From an uncultured Deferribacteres bacterium (GTDB lineage: Bacteria > Zhuqueibacterota > Zhuqueibacteria > Zhuqueibacterales > Geothermadaptataceae), in NCBI GenBank assembly GCA_964014485.1, contig CAXHAT010000157.1, positions 1-19,014 on the forward strand: a DNA stretch of 19,014 nt, in the 5' to 3' direction. Shown here piece by piece: positions 1 to 9,436 of this stretch (positions within the stretch are counted from its first letter, which is position 1; each line of letters starts with the position of its first letter). The notes beneath the pieces are model-generated. The model made no database searches and was not told the origin of the DNA. It worked only from the letters and a program-made list of their open reading frames with translations. The position numbers and the translations under genes were made by a program.

Positions 1-40
1 GGAACCCTGGGCTGTGGAGTATAACGCCTTCGGCGTAAGC
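1..40. repeat. REP-like intergenic repeat unit (truncated at window edge)
   Basis: AACCCTGGGCTGTGGAGTATAACGCCTTCGGCGTAA with hairpin ACGCC-TTC-GGCGT (24-36); resembles REP-type extragenic repeats; only one copy visible. Confidence 0.45.
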
Positions 41-150
41 TTTTAAGCGTTTCACACACTCAATTCGACATAGAGCCAAGAATAGAATCTTGAGACCAAA
101 GATGGAAAACTGCAATGGGGTATTGTGATAACCAAAAGCCGGAGCCTTAA

Positions 151-2412
151 ATGATTTCTTTGCTCAACCAGATTCCTGACCCTGCATTATCTCTCATCAA
201 AAACATACCGATAGTCAATCCTGTGAATCCGGTTGATCCAATCAAAAACAAGAAACGAATTCTCTTTTCGTTTTTAGCCGCCTTATTTTTCCTGCCTGCA
301 CTCGCTCAAGCGCAAATCGACGTCTATTCAAGACCTGTCCAGGCTGAGCGCAGTCATGATTTCGACGTGCAGCATTATCGCATAAAACTGCGCTTCGACG
401 AATCGACGAAATCGATGTGGGGCGAAACGACAATCACGCTGGTTGCACTGAAAGACGATTTTGTCCGCGCTGCGCTTGACGCCGAGACGTTCACCGTTGA
501 TGCGGTTAGCGACAAATCAGGGGCGACGCTGCCGTTTCAACACAGCGACGGCGTGCTGGAAATCCAGCTTGCGAACAGCATCGATTACGGCGACACGACG
601 GTTTTCACAGTGATTTATTCCGGGACAGGCGTGGACGTGAACCCGGAAGAATTCGGCATGTCCGCGGGCTACGATCTTGGCCTTGATTTTAAGGCGGAAA
701 CTGAAGATAATCCTCAACTCATCAACACGCTTTCCTTTCCCGAAGGCGCGCGTCACTGGTTTCCGTGTTACGACCATCCGAACGACAAAGCGACGAGCGA
801 AATGATCGTCACAGTGCGCAAGGATTACAACGCGCTTTCAAACGGCAAGCTTTTGAGCGTCACGGAAAATGCGACCAACAAGACCAAGACGTTTCACTGG
901 TTGAACGACAAGCCGCACCCGACCTATTTGTACGTACTCGCCGCCGGGCCTTATGTCGTCCTCAAGGATTCTCTCGGCAGCCTGCCGATCAATTATTGGG
1001 TTTATCCGAAAGCCGTTCCTGACGCAATGCGTTCGTTTCACAAAACGCCGGAAATCGTCGCGTTTTTCAATCGCGAATACGGCGTGGATTATCCGTGGGA
1101 CAAGTACGACCAAGTGACGATTCCGGGCATCGGCGGCGGCGCGGAGAGCACGTCCGCGACGGTGCTGGGGCAATCTACGATTCACGACGAACGGGCGGAA
1201 CAGGATTTTTCGAGCCATTGGCTGGTGGCGCACGAAGCGGCGCACCAATGGTGGGGCGATTTGGTGACCATGCGCGATTGGACGCACGCCTGGATCAACG
1301 AGAGTTTCGCGACCTACGGCGAGTATTTGTGGTCGCGCCATGACTTGGGCGCGGACGAAGGCGCGGTCAATCTTTTGAACAAGAAAAACGCTTACCTGAA
1401 CGAAGCGAAAAACAGGTACACGCGCCCGATTGTGTTCAATCGCTGGAACCGGCCAAACGACATGTTCGACCGACATCTGTACCAAAAAGGCGCGGTCGTT
1501 TTGCACATGCTGCGCGACGTTTTGGGCGACGAACCGTTTCGGCAAGCGATGTCGATCTTTCTCAAACGCCATGCTTTTGGAGCGGCCGACACGAACGATC
1601 TTATCAATGCCATTCGCACGGCGACGGGACAAGATCCGCAGTGGTTTTTCGATCAGTGGCTCTACGGTGCGGGACACCCAATTTTCGAAGTCGAAAGCGC
1701 TTGGAATGCTCAGAAGAAAAAACTGCGTTTGCGTGTCGCTCAGGTTCAAAAGCAGCGTCACGACATCGGCGTTTTCCGAGTTCCGGTCGATATCCGCGTT
1801 GCGTCTTCAAAAATTGATTCCGTGCGTCGCTTTTGGATGAATGATTCCGTGGAAACGATTGAATGGACGCTTCCGGAAAAACCATTGTTGGTGCGTTTCG
1901 ATGCGAACAATGTCCTTTTGAAAGAGCTTCGTTTTAAGAAGTCGCCGGAAGAATTGATTTATCAATTGGAAAATGACGACGTCATCGGGCGTGCATGGGC
2001 GGCGACTGAGTTGGGTAAATTGGATGATTGTACTTCCTGTGAAAAAGCATTGACTACCGCAAGCGAGCATGATCCGTTTTGGTTCGTGCGCAAAAGCGCC
2101 GTCGAGGCCCTGCCGAAATCTCCCAAACTCATCAAGCTTCTCGAACGTGTCAGCCTTGACAAAAACTCCAAAGTGCGCGTCGCGGCTCTGAAAGCGCTTG
2201 GAAAATTCGAGAGACCGCAGCTTGCATCGTTTCTGAAAACCAGATTCGCCGAAGATGACAGTTATCTCGCGCAAGCGGAAGCTTTACGAGCGCTTGGCGG
2301 CACCGGTGATGAAAACGATATTGAATTTTTGGAAAAAGCCGCGCAAATGAAATCGCCGCGCAATGTTGTTGCAAGGGCGGCAAAACAGGCGATTGAGCAA
2401 AACAAAAAATGA
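151..2412 (+). CDS. pepN: Exported M1-family zinc aminopeptidase (aminopeptidase N-like) with C-terminal HEAT-like repeats
   Basis: HEXXH-X18-E motif (VAHEAAHQWWGDLVT...WINESFATY), GAMEN-like GGGAES, ARHWFPCYD, catalytic-Tyr segment LYQKGAVVLHML; signal peptide (KKRILFSFLAALFFLPALAQA); HEAT-like repeats (VRKSAVEAL, VRVAALKALG); GGAG RBS at 141-144. Confidence 0.92.
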   Translation: MISLLNQIPDPALSLIKNIPIVNPVNPVDPIKNKKRILFSFLAALFFLPALAQAQIDVYSRPVQAERSHDFDVQHYRIKLRFDESTKSMWGETTITLVALKDDFVRAALDAETFTVDAVSDKSGATLPFQHSDGVLEIQLANSIDYGDTTVFTVIYSGTGVDVNPEEFGMSAGYDLGLDFKAETEDNPQLINTLSFPEGARHWFPCYDHPNDKATSEMIVTVRKDYNALSNGKLLSVTENATNKTKTFHWLNDKPHPTYLYVLAAGPYVVLKDSLGSLPINYWVYPKAVPDAMRSFHKTPEIVAFFNREYGVDYPWDKYDQVTIPGIGGGAESTSATVLGQSTIHDERAEQDFSSHWLVAHEAAHQWWGDLVTMRDWTHAWINESFATYGEYLWSRHDLGADEGAVNLLNKKNAYLNEAKNRYTRPIVFNRWNRPNDMFDRHLYQKGAVVLHMLRDVLGDEPFRQAMSIFLKRHAFGAADTNDLINAIRTATGQDPQWFFDQWLYGAGHPIFEVESAWNAQKKKLRLRVAQVQKQRHDIGVFRVPVDIRVASSKIDSVRRFWMNDSVETIEWTLPEKPLLVRFDANNVLLKELRFKKSPEELIYQLENDDVIGRAWAATELGKLDDCTSCEKALTTASEHDPFWFVRKSAVEALPKSPKLIKLLERVSLDKNSKVRVAALKALGKFERPQLASFLKTRFAEDDSYLAQAEALRALGGTGDENDIEFLEKAAQMKSPRNVVARAAKQAIEQNKK
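217..248. repeat. 9-bp-unit short tandem repeat (AATCCTGTG/AATCCGGTT/GATCCAATC) inside the 5' end of pepN
   Basis: Its reverse complement resembles the intergenic repeat at 18900-18932; translates as NPVNPVDPIK. Confidence 0.55.
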
Positions 2413-2960
2413 GTGTAAGAAAGGAAAGATCGCTTTTGAAAATCCAGATTGTCCCCAGCGCGCTGATGACGGATCGTGAAATAGAAAATATCATTTCGTT
2501 CTGCAATCGCGCCTACGCAGAAGAGCTGGACGCCTTGTTTGAAACGTTCGAGAACACGACGCATGTTCTTGGCTTGATTAACGAAAAGTTGGTCAGTCAC
2601 GCCATGTGCGTGACGCGATATTTGCAAACCGGAGCGGCGCCGATCATGCGCACCGCGTACGTCGAGATGGTCGCGACGGAAAAAGCGTACCGAAGGCGCG
2701 GGTTTGCAGCGGCGATCATGAAACGCTTGATCGATGAAGTGCAGGATTACGATTTGGCCGCACTCTCACCGTCCGATCATAAATACTACGCGAAACTTGG
2801 CTGGGAGCTTTGGCAAGGCCCGCTTTTTATCCGCACCGACGACGGGCTTTTAGCTTCACCGGAAGATGAAGAAGCGATGATTTATCGACTGCCCAAAACG
2901 CCGGTTTTGGATTTGGCCGCACCGCTTTCGGCGGAATGGCGTGAAGGGGAGTTGTGGTGA
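2409..2960 (+). CDS. GNAT acetyltransferase, aminoglycoside 2'-N-acetyltransferase AAC(2')-I-like
   Basis: Acetyl-CoA motif A (YVEMVATEKAYRRRGFA), YDLAALS, YAKLGWELWQGPL and C-terminal EWREGELW resemble AAC(2')-I (DWRxGDxW); ATGA overlap with the pepN stop. Confidence 0.8.
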   Translation: MSVRKERSLLKIQIVPSALMTDREIENIISFCNRAYAEELDALFETFENTTHVLGLINEKLVSHAMCVTRYLQTGAAPIMRTAYVEMVATEKAYRRRGFAAAIMKRLIDEVQDYDLAALSPSDHKYYAKLGWELWQGPLFIRTDDGLLASPEDEEAMIYRLPKTPVLDLAAPLSAEWREGELW

Positions 2961-3037
2961 CGGCGTGACGCCACACAAATTTCCCAAAATCGCTTCCAAA
3001 AACATGTAAACGGGGTCAAAGTACAACCTTAATTCAG

Positions 3038-3835
3038 GTGGAGAAAATGTTGACTAACATTTTGATTTTGGCGATTGCTCTGGGAATAGTAGCCGGATTG
3101 GTGATATTGCGCGGCAAATCCGACGGTAAGTTTGATGCAAAACCAACGGATGTTCTTATTGCTGTAAGCTTTGTCATACTCTGGATGTTCATGTCCGGTC
3201 ATATTGAAAAAATGGTTGTCGGCGGCGAGGGCGTCACGCTGCAGACAAGCGACGCTATTTTAAAAGCTTCGAAGCAGAATATTACAGACGCAGTATCGTT
3301 GGTGAGCTTGACCGGCGCTTTTGCCGTTGCCAGACATGATGCGGAAAAAACGGTTTCCGAAGCCGTCGCCAACCGCGCCAAAGCATTAGAATATCAACTT
3401 GGCGTGAATCGTTACAGTGCGGACGCAATCAGGCGGGAACTGGATGTTTTGACGCAGTATGTTTTTTTTGAATATGTTGTTCTGAGTAACGTCGACGGCT
3501 CCTTGTTCGGGGTAATCAATGCGCACAAACTGGTTCGAATTTTGGCGCGCGAACCGGGACCGTACTCATGGGAGGATTTTGTAAGCTTTATCAATGAGGC
3601 GAAACCGGAAGACCTCGAAGCGCTGCGCGGCGTCCCGAGTTTTGTTGACGGCAAGCTTGCGGTAACGGACCGCCTTTCAAAGGACGAAGTTCTGACCCGC
3701 ATGGGCAAAACGCAGCGCAATTGGCTGCCGATTGTGTCCGAAAATAGGCGTTTTCTAGGCGTCGTCAGTCAGTCGCAATTGACCGCAAGCATGATTTTGG
3801 ACGTCACGAAAAGGCTTTCCGGTAAGGCCAAGTAA
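3038..3835 (+). CDS. Membrane protein with two N-terminal TM helices and C-terminal CBS-like domain
   Basis: Two hydrophobic segments; C-terminal EVLTRMGKTQRNWLPIVSENRRFLGVVSQSQL is a typical CBS signature; start may be ATG 3047. Confidence 0.7.
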   Translation: MEKMLTNILILAIALGIVAGLVILRGKSDGKFDAKPTDVLIAVSFVILWMFMSGHIEKMVVGGEGVTLQTSDAILKASKQNITDAVSLVSLTGAFAVARHDAEKTVSEAVANRAKALEYQLGVNRYSADAIRRELDVLTQYVFFEYVVLSNVDGSLFGVINAHKLVRILAREPGPYSWEDFVSFINEAKPEDLEALRGVPSFVDGKLAVTDRLSKDEVLTRMGKTQRNWLPIVSENRRFLGVVSQSQLTASMILDVTKRLSGKAK

Positions 3836-3852
3836 CTGTTACAGAAGAATTT

Positions 3853-3879
3853 TAACTTTTTTCAAAAGAGACTGTCTAA
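3853..3879 (+). promoter_or_regulatory. Candidate ECF (sigmaE-like) promoter upstream of tricorn gene
   Basis: TAACTT-N16-TCTAA resembles the GAACTT-N16/17-TCTRA consensus; about 40 bp upstream of ATG 3920, which has a GGAGGAG RBS. Confidence 0.35.
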
Positions 3880-3919
3880 AATTAAAACCCCAATTTTTTA
3901 CCTAACCGGAGGAGTTAAA

Positions 3920-6900
3920 ATGAGAAAGGCGGCGTTATTGCTCGGACTTTTGATCTTTTGCACAAATGCGGGCGCCCAAATCAATGCGAAATTGATGCGC
4001 TACATGGACGTTTCCGATTCACAGATTACGTTTGTTTTTGGCGGCGACATTTGGGTAATGCCCAAATCCGGGGGAACGGCGATTCAGGTGACGCATTCGC
4101 CGGGCGAAGAAACATGGCCGCGTTTTTCTCCTGACGGCAAGCACATCGCTTACACCGCAAGTTACAACGGCAATCAAGACGTGTTCGTCATGCCTGCGGC
4201 GGGCGGCGTTCCCACGCGCCTGACCTACCAATCCCACACGGATCGCTTGATTGACTGGCATCCCGACGGCAAGCGCATTTTGTTTGCTTCCGGGCGTGAA
4301 AGCGGGCGGCAGTCGTTTCGCCAGCTTTATCTGGTGAGCATGGAAGGCGGTCTGCCGGAAAAACTGCAGGTACCTTACGGCGAATTGGCCAGCTATTCGA
4401 AGGACGGCAATCGCCTCGCCTACATCACCAAAATCACCGAAAATTATCCCTTCAAGCGTTACAAAGGCGGTTTGGCTTCTGACGTGGTTATTTTCGACCT
4501 GCGCAGCAACACCGCCGAGAATATCACCAACAATCCCGTGAATGACGGACAGCCGGCATGGGTCGGCGATGAAATTTATTTTTTGTCTGATCAGGGCGAA
4601 GAGTTCCGCCGCAACATTTGGGTATATGACACAAATTCAAAAACCGCGAAGCAAGTCACGACATTCAAGGATTTCGATATTTCCTTCATGTCCGCCGGGC
4701 CTTCGGAGTTGGTATTTGAAATGGGCGGCGGCATTTACCTGATGGACGTGAGCACGCATGAGTACAAGCAAGTTGAAGTCAACGTCGTCAGTGATTTGTC
4801 GGCGGAAATGCCTCGCACCGTTGACGTGAGCGGGCGGATCAACAACATGACCGCCTCGCCCGAAGGCAAGCGCGTTGTTTTTGAAGCGCGCGGCGAGTTG
4901 TTCAACGTTCCCGCGACCGAGGGCTACAGCTTCAACATGACCCAGAGCAGCGGCGCTTTCGATCAAAATCCCGCCTGGTCGCCGGACGGCAAATTCATCG
5001 CCTATTGGAGCGATTTTTCCGGCGAATACGAACTTTACCTGCAATCCAGCGACGGCAAATCGGAACTGCGGAAACTGACCAATCGCGGCAAAGGTTTTGG
5101 CTATTCGCTCTTTTGGTCGCCGAACAGCGAGAAAATCGCTTTTATCGATGAGACAAATTCGATCTATGTTGTCGATGTCGAAAGCAAAGAGTTGACAGAG
5201 GCGGGCAACACAAATTGGAACACCGGACACGGCTCGCGATTCGGCTATCCCATTTCCTGGTCGCCGGATTCGAAATGGCTCGCGTTTACGCAAGGTCTTG
5301 AAAATGCGAACAATGCAATTTTCTTGTATGACGTGGAAAATAAAAATTTGCAGCGAGCGACCAGCGGCTTTTTTGAAGACAACACCCCGGTTTTTAGCGC
5401 CGACGGCAAGTACTTGTTTTTTCTTACCAATCGCAGCTTCTCCGCCGCCTATTCCGATATGAATGACGGCACCTGGATTTATCCGAATTCAACCCAAATC
5501 GCCTCGCTCAGCCTGACGCCGGACGCGCCTTCGCTTCTTGCCCCGAAAAATGATGAGTCGAAAAAAGAAGAGAAAAAGCCTGAGGGCGAGAAGAAAGAAG
5601 AAAGTGAAAAAAAGGAAGATGCGGAGAAGAAAAAATCGGAGGAAGTAAGTGTAGAGATCGACTTTGACAATCTTGAGTCGCGACTGGTGCTGCTTCCGCC
5701 CAAGGCTGGAAATATCGGCTGGCTGGCGCCGTTTGAAGGCAAGCTGGTTTTCCTTCGTTTTCCCAACACAGGCTCAGGGGAGCGAGGCGCTTCACTCCAT
5801 TTTTACGATTTCAAAAAACGCGAAGAAAAAGAGATTATCGGCAACGTTCGCGGCGCGGCTGTTACTGGCGACGGCAAGTCGCTGCTCGTACGAAGCGGCA
5901 ACAAGTACGGCGTCATCAAGCCCGCGCCGAAGCAGAAAATCGAAAAGCCTGTGCCGACAAACGGCTTGGTGATGAACCTGACGCCGCGTGAAGAATGGCG
6001 GCAGATTTTCAACGACACCTGGCGCCGTCACCGCGATTTCTTTTATGATCCCGCCATGCACAAAGTCGACTGGGACGGCTTGCGCAAGCAGTATGGCGCG
6101 CTGATTGAAGACGCACGCACGCGCTGGGACGTGAGCAACATTCAATCGAACCTGGCGGCGGAATTGAGCGCCGGACACACTTATACTTTTGGCGGCGACA
6201 CTGAAAACGTGCCGCGCCGAGTGACTGGATTTCTTGGTATCGACTGGGAATTGCACAATAATTTGTATCGGATCAAACGCATTGTTCAACCCGCCGTTTG
6301 GGACACGGAAGTGCGCTCGCCGTTTGATCAACCGGGCGTAGACGTCGGCGCGGGCGACTACATTTTATCGGTCAACGGCGTGACGCTCGATCCGAAAAAA
6401 GATCCCTACGCTGCGTTCGAAGGCTTGTCCGGACAAACGGTCTCTCTAACGGTGAGCAAGACCGGCGAGAAAAGCGACGCTAATGATCTGGTGATAAAAT
6501 GCCTGACACAGGGCGAAGAAATCAATTTGCGCTACCTCGAATGGATCGAAAATAACCGCAAGATGGTGGACAAGCTTTCGGACGGCAAATTGGGCTATGT
6601 TTACATGTCGAACACGGGCGGGCGCGGGCAATTGGAATTGGTGCGTATGTTTTACGGCCAGTTGGATAAAAAGGGCTTCATCATCGACGAACGCTTTAAC
6701 GGCGGCGGCCAATTGGCGGATCGTTTTCTGGAATTAATGCAACGCCCGGTCGTCTATAATTTACATTGGCGGCACGGGAAAGATCATACTTGGCCGATGA
6801 AAACCAACACCGGCCCGCTTGGCATGTTGATCAACGGCTGGGCCGGTTCCGGCGGCGACGGTCTGCCGTGGGCGTTCCAGGAATTAAAAGCCGGCCCGAT

Positions 6901-7210
6901 TGTCGGCGAACGCACGCTCGGCATTTTGGTCGGCCCGGCGACGGGACACCAACTCATCGACGGCGGCGGCATTACCGTACCCGGCGCGCGGCTTTATGAC
7001 AACGACGGTCACTGGTTCTGGGAAGGCGAAGGCGTCGCGCCGGATTTCAAAGTGTGGGACGATCCAAACATCCTCGTGCAAGGCCGCGATCCGCAGATTG
7101 AAAAAGTGGTGGAAGAAGTGCTGAAGCTTTTGAACGCGAACCCGCCGAAAATGACCCCAGCCCCTGCGCCGGAAGATCGTACGGCGGCTGGTTTGAAAGT
7201 GAAAAAATAG
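3920..7210 (+). CDS. Exported tricorn protease homolog (peptidase S41 family; beta-propellers, PDZ, catalytic domain)
   Basis: Signal peptide; PD40-like repeats (PRFSPDGKHIAY, PAWSPDGKFIAY, PVFSADGKYLFF); FFYDPAMHKVDW; LSAGH catalytic His; PDZ (GDYILSVNG); IIDERFNGGG; catalytic Ser in AGSGGD; EGEGVAPD, GRDPQIEK. Confidence 0.95.
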   Translation: MRKAALLLGLLIFCTNAGAQINAKLMRYMDVSDSQITFVFGGDIWVMPKSGGTAIQVTHSPGEETWPRFSPDGKHIAYTASYNGNQDVFVMPAAGGVPTRLTYQSHTDRLIDWHPDGKRILFASGRESGRQSFRQLYLVSMEGGLPEKLQVPYGELASYSKDGNRLAYITKITENYPFKRYKGGLASDVVIFDLRSNTAENITNNPVNDGQPAWVGDEIYFLSDQGEEFRRNIWVYDTNSKTAKQVTTFKDFDISFMSAGPSELVFEMGGGIYLMDVSTHEYKQVEVNVVSDLSAEMPRTVDVSGRINNMTASPEGKRVVFEARGELFNVPATEGYSFNMTQSSGAFDQNPAWSPDGKFIAYWSDFSGEYELYLQSSDGKSELRKLTNRGKGFGYSLFWSPNSEKIAFIDETNSIYVVDVESKELTEAGNTNWNTGHGSRFGYPISWSPDSKWLAFTQGLENANNAIFLYDVENKNLQRATSGFFEDNTPVFSADGKYLFFLTNRSFSAAYSDMNDGTWIYPNSTQIASLSLTPDAPSLLAPKNDESKKEEKKPEGEKKEESEKKEDAEKKKSEEVSVEIDFDNLESRLVLLPPKAGNIGWLAPFEGKLVFLRFPNTGSGERGASLHFYDFKKREEKEIIGNVRGAAVTGDGKSLLVRSGNKYGVIKPAPKQKIEKPVPTNGLVMNLTPREEWRQIFNDTWRRHRDFFYDPAMHKVDWDGLRKQYGALIEDARTRWDVSNIQSNLAAELSAGHTYTFGGDTENVPRRVTGFLGIDWELHNNLYRIKRIVQPAVWDTEVRSPFDQPGVDVGAGDYILSVNGVTLDPKKDPYAAFEGLSGQTVSLTVSKTGEKSDANDLVIKCLTQGEEINLRYLEWIENNRKMVDKLSDGKLGYVYMSNTGGRGQLELVRMFYGQLDKKGFIIDERFNGGGQLADRFLELMQRPVVYNLHWRHGKDHTWPMKTNTGPLGMLINGWAGSGGDGLPWAFQELKAGPIVGERTLGILVGPATGHQLIDGGGITVPGARLYDNDGHWFWEGEGVAPDFKVWDDPNILVQGRDPQIEKVVEEVLKLLNANPPKMTPAPAPEDRTAAGLKVKK

Positions 7211-7255
7211 ACTTCCTGGAAATGCGGCAGATTTTTAAAAGCTGCGTCTAGCGTC

Positions 7256-7305
7256 AAGCGCCTTTGTTATGGCAAAAAAAATTGTCGTAACGAAGGCGTT
7301 TTTAT
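7256..7305 (+). terminator. Long-stem intrinsic terminator between convergent tricorn and toxin genes
   Basis: AAGCGCCTTTGTTATGGCAA / TTGTCGTAACGAAGGCGTTT pair with G-U wobbles, followed by a T-rich tract. Confidence 0.7.
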
Positions 7306-7335
7306 TTCGGACGCGATTTCCGGTGCGAGAAGCGT

Positions 7336-7737
7336 TCAAACAAACGCAATGGTTTGTACGGTTAAATCATTGACGTCGTAATAATCGACGTGTTTGCGCC
7401 TGACGCGGAGCGCTTTGCCCATGCGGGAAGCCTTTGTTTTAAAAGACTTCATCGCAAAAAGCTTTTGAAGCAAGGCGGGAATTTCTTCGATGCGGTCATT
7501 GGGCAGGACGAAACAAATCAGGCAGTAATTTTTGTGCAGAGGCGTCCTGCGCCAAAAGTCAGCGGTATTGTTTGTGATAAAAGTTGGATGCTTTGCTGTT
7601 CTGAGAAGCGTTGGGACGGCTTCGTCTTTGATAACCGTTCCCGATCTCAGCGTTAAAAGTGACGTGACTTTGCCTCGATACCACTGTTGCGTCTCCAGAA
7701 AAACTTTATATTTGATATTCTCGTCAAAAACGATCAT
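7336..7737 (-). CDS. PIN-like (DUF5615/VapC45-like) toxin, 133 aa
   Basis: Starts MIVFDENI; D-E-A-V and FITNNTADF match the PIN-like acidic motifs; ATGA overlap with the DUF433 stop; the 202-aa ORF-track call is over-extended. Confidence 0.75.
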   Translation of the reverse strand: MIVFDENIKYKVFLETQQWYRGKVTSLLTLRSGTVIKDEAVPTLLRTAKHPTFITNNTADFWRRTPLHKNYCLICFVLPNDRIEEIPALLQKLFAMKSFKTKASRMGKALRVRRKHVDYYDVNDLTVQTIAFV

Positions 7738-8045
7738 GCCGCAGCCCGTACACTGTCGACTTCTTGCACCGAATGCATTAACGCATTTTTTGCAACCTGA
7801 ATCGCTTCCTGTACAGATTCCTTTGAAATATCGCTGTACGGATATTGCTCCAGAACTTGTTCGACTGAACGTCCTGCAGCGATCAGGTCGAGTATTACGG
7901 CCACTTCGAGGCGCGTATATTTGAAGGTTGGTCTGCCGCCGCAAACGCCCGGCGCCGCGACGACGTGTTCACCCAGGGGGACGTACTCATACCATTCGCC
8001 GCCCACTTTCTCTCGCACGATTCGGGATTTCTTTTTTTTCATCAT
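7734..8045 (-). CDS. DUF433-family antitoxin (VapB45-like HTH)
   Basis: PGVCGGRPTFKYTRLEVAVILDLIAAGRSVEQVLEQYP...ISKESVQEAI is a clear DUF433 signature; start probably ATG 8045 or 8042. Confidence 0.88.
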   Translation of the reverse strand: MMKKKKSRIVREKVGGEWYEYVPLGEHVVAAPGVCGGRPTFKYTRLEVAVILDLIAAGRSVEQVLEQYPYSDISKESVQEAIQVAKNALMHSVQEVDSVRAAA

Positions 8046-8108
8046 CACGCCTTTTTGAAATGTCACAACGAATTTTCGGTTCTTGAATATATAAATCCGC
8101 GTCGGTTT

Positions 8109-8831
8109 TCAAAACGATAAACTCAGAATTGCCGCCGAACCCGCGAACCTGCCGCCATTCACGGAATGAATAGGCCGGACGACGATTGACGGCACGCCAA
8201 ATTGGAAATGATTTTCATTGAAATTGAGCAGCGCGTGATTTGGCGGCGACGTTTTCTTGTAACGCCGCGTCGCATTAAAAAACAATGTTGCGCCAACGGG
8301 CGGCCAAAGCCAGAAGTTCGCCAGCCAGGCGTCTTCGGAATTTCCGGCGAAGGCAAAGTACCAAAACCAGAATCCAGCAACGGCTCCAATAATTCCTGCG
8401 CCGAATGACCCTGTTTCGTTTCCGCGACTGCCGATAATTTTCACGCCAAGCGCGCTGCCGAACGTGTAGCCTGCTGCGAACCCCAAAAGCGCTCCGCCCA
8501 AACCGCACCAATCACCGGAGCAGGGGCCATTAACGATTCTTTCCGTGATCACGCCTGCCATAACGCCGCCCATCCCAATAAAACCGCCGACCGCGCCGCC
8601 AATGATGACTTGGCCAATCATGCGTCCCGGACGCAGCGGCGGTTTTCCCTTTTCTGAAAATGCTGCGGATGCTTCGGGAATTGGCGTTCTTCTGCCATGA
8701 GATTCGAAGGACGACAAGCGATTTTCGTTGGTTAACTCCGAAGGATGGAAGGGAAATGACTGGCCTCGCATTTGTGCATTTACGTTGATCACGCACATAA
8801 AAATGCTGCAGAGAATAGCAAAGTTTTTCAT
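8109..8831 (-). CDS. Hypothetical exported/membrane protein with glycine-zipper helices
   Basis: Signal peptide (MKNFAILCSIFMCVINVNA); GxxxG repeats (GGAVGGFIGMGG, GGALLGFAAGYTFG, GAGIIGAVAG); CSGDWC loop; C-terminal beta-strand ending in F; GAGG RBS. Confidence 0.75.
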   Translation of the reverse strand: MKNFAILCSIFMCVINVNAQMRGQSFPFHPSELTNENRLSSFESHGRRTPIPEASAAFSEKGKPPLRPGRMIGQVIIGGAVGGFIGMGGVMAGVITERIVNGPCSGDWCGLGGALLGFAAGYTFGSALGVKIIGSRGNETGSFGAGIIGAVAGFWFWYFAFAGNSEDAWLANFWLWPPVGATLFFNATRRYKKTSPPNHALLNFNENHFQFGVPSIVVRPIHSVNGGRFAGSAAILSLSF

Positions 8832-8852
8832 TTTCGACGCCTCTTGTTTAAC

Positions 8853-8882
8853 ATTTACCGGAAAAGCTTTTCTCCGGTAAAT
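8853..8882. promoter_or_regulatory. Inverted repeat immediately upstream of the glycine-zipper gene (operator or leader hairpin)
   Basis: ATTTACCGGA (8853-8862) / TCCGGTAAAT (8873-8882) enclosing the palindrome GAAAAGCTTTTC. Confidence 0.4.
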
Positions 8883-9436
8883 TCAAAAAGCAGACCGTCT
8901 TGAGTGAACGAGAAACCGGATGTTTTGAGTTCAAAGCCGAATTAAAAACTCCATTGAGGAGCGTTAATTTGCTTCCGTAGTAGCGGAGAGACAATCATGT
9001 AAATGCGACATTAATGTAACCTGGCGGGATAATGCTGGAGCGCTGAGGTCTCTTAAACCAACTTTCAAATATTCGTTAGTCGAATTGATGGGGAATATTA
9101 AAATGGGTGACTAAAATACAGCAGCGCGAGATCCGAGATTTTTTTCGGCTTTCGCAAACAGACACGCCTCCAATTGGGGATTGACAAGCGGCGTTTTTTG
9201 CAAAAACCATCGCGACTCCAAATTTCGGGGACGAGCCTTGTCACAAAAATCCTTCTTCCAAAACGGAGAGCACTCAAAAAGTTCATTCACTGCCCGTCCG
9301 TCATTGTCTCGGACGCGGCGTCGGGGAAGATTGATTCAGCGGCGAGCTTTCACAGAGCCGTCGTTGAAATCGTGACTCCAATTATAACTGATGTTACGCG
9401 TGCCGCCGCATTTTCTGTGGCTCAAACGCACACACC

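Noticed and set aside
838..1761. Long antisense ORFs (307 aa here; also 4637..5293, 13518..14363, 17856..18503)
   Set aside because: They are opposite well-supported genes and are expected from codon bias.
5550..5650. Purine-rich low-complexity stretch in the tricorn gene
   Set aside because: It encodes the K/E-rich linker commonly found in bacterial tricorn homologs; it is not a separate element.
7738..7944. Upstream extension of the toxin ORF (202 aa), or a frameshifted fusion
   Set aside because: It lies inside the DUF433 gene; the PIN-like motif starts at MIVFDEN (7737) with a standard ATGA overlap.
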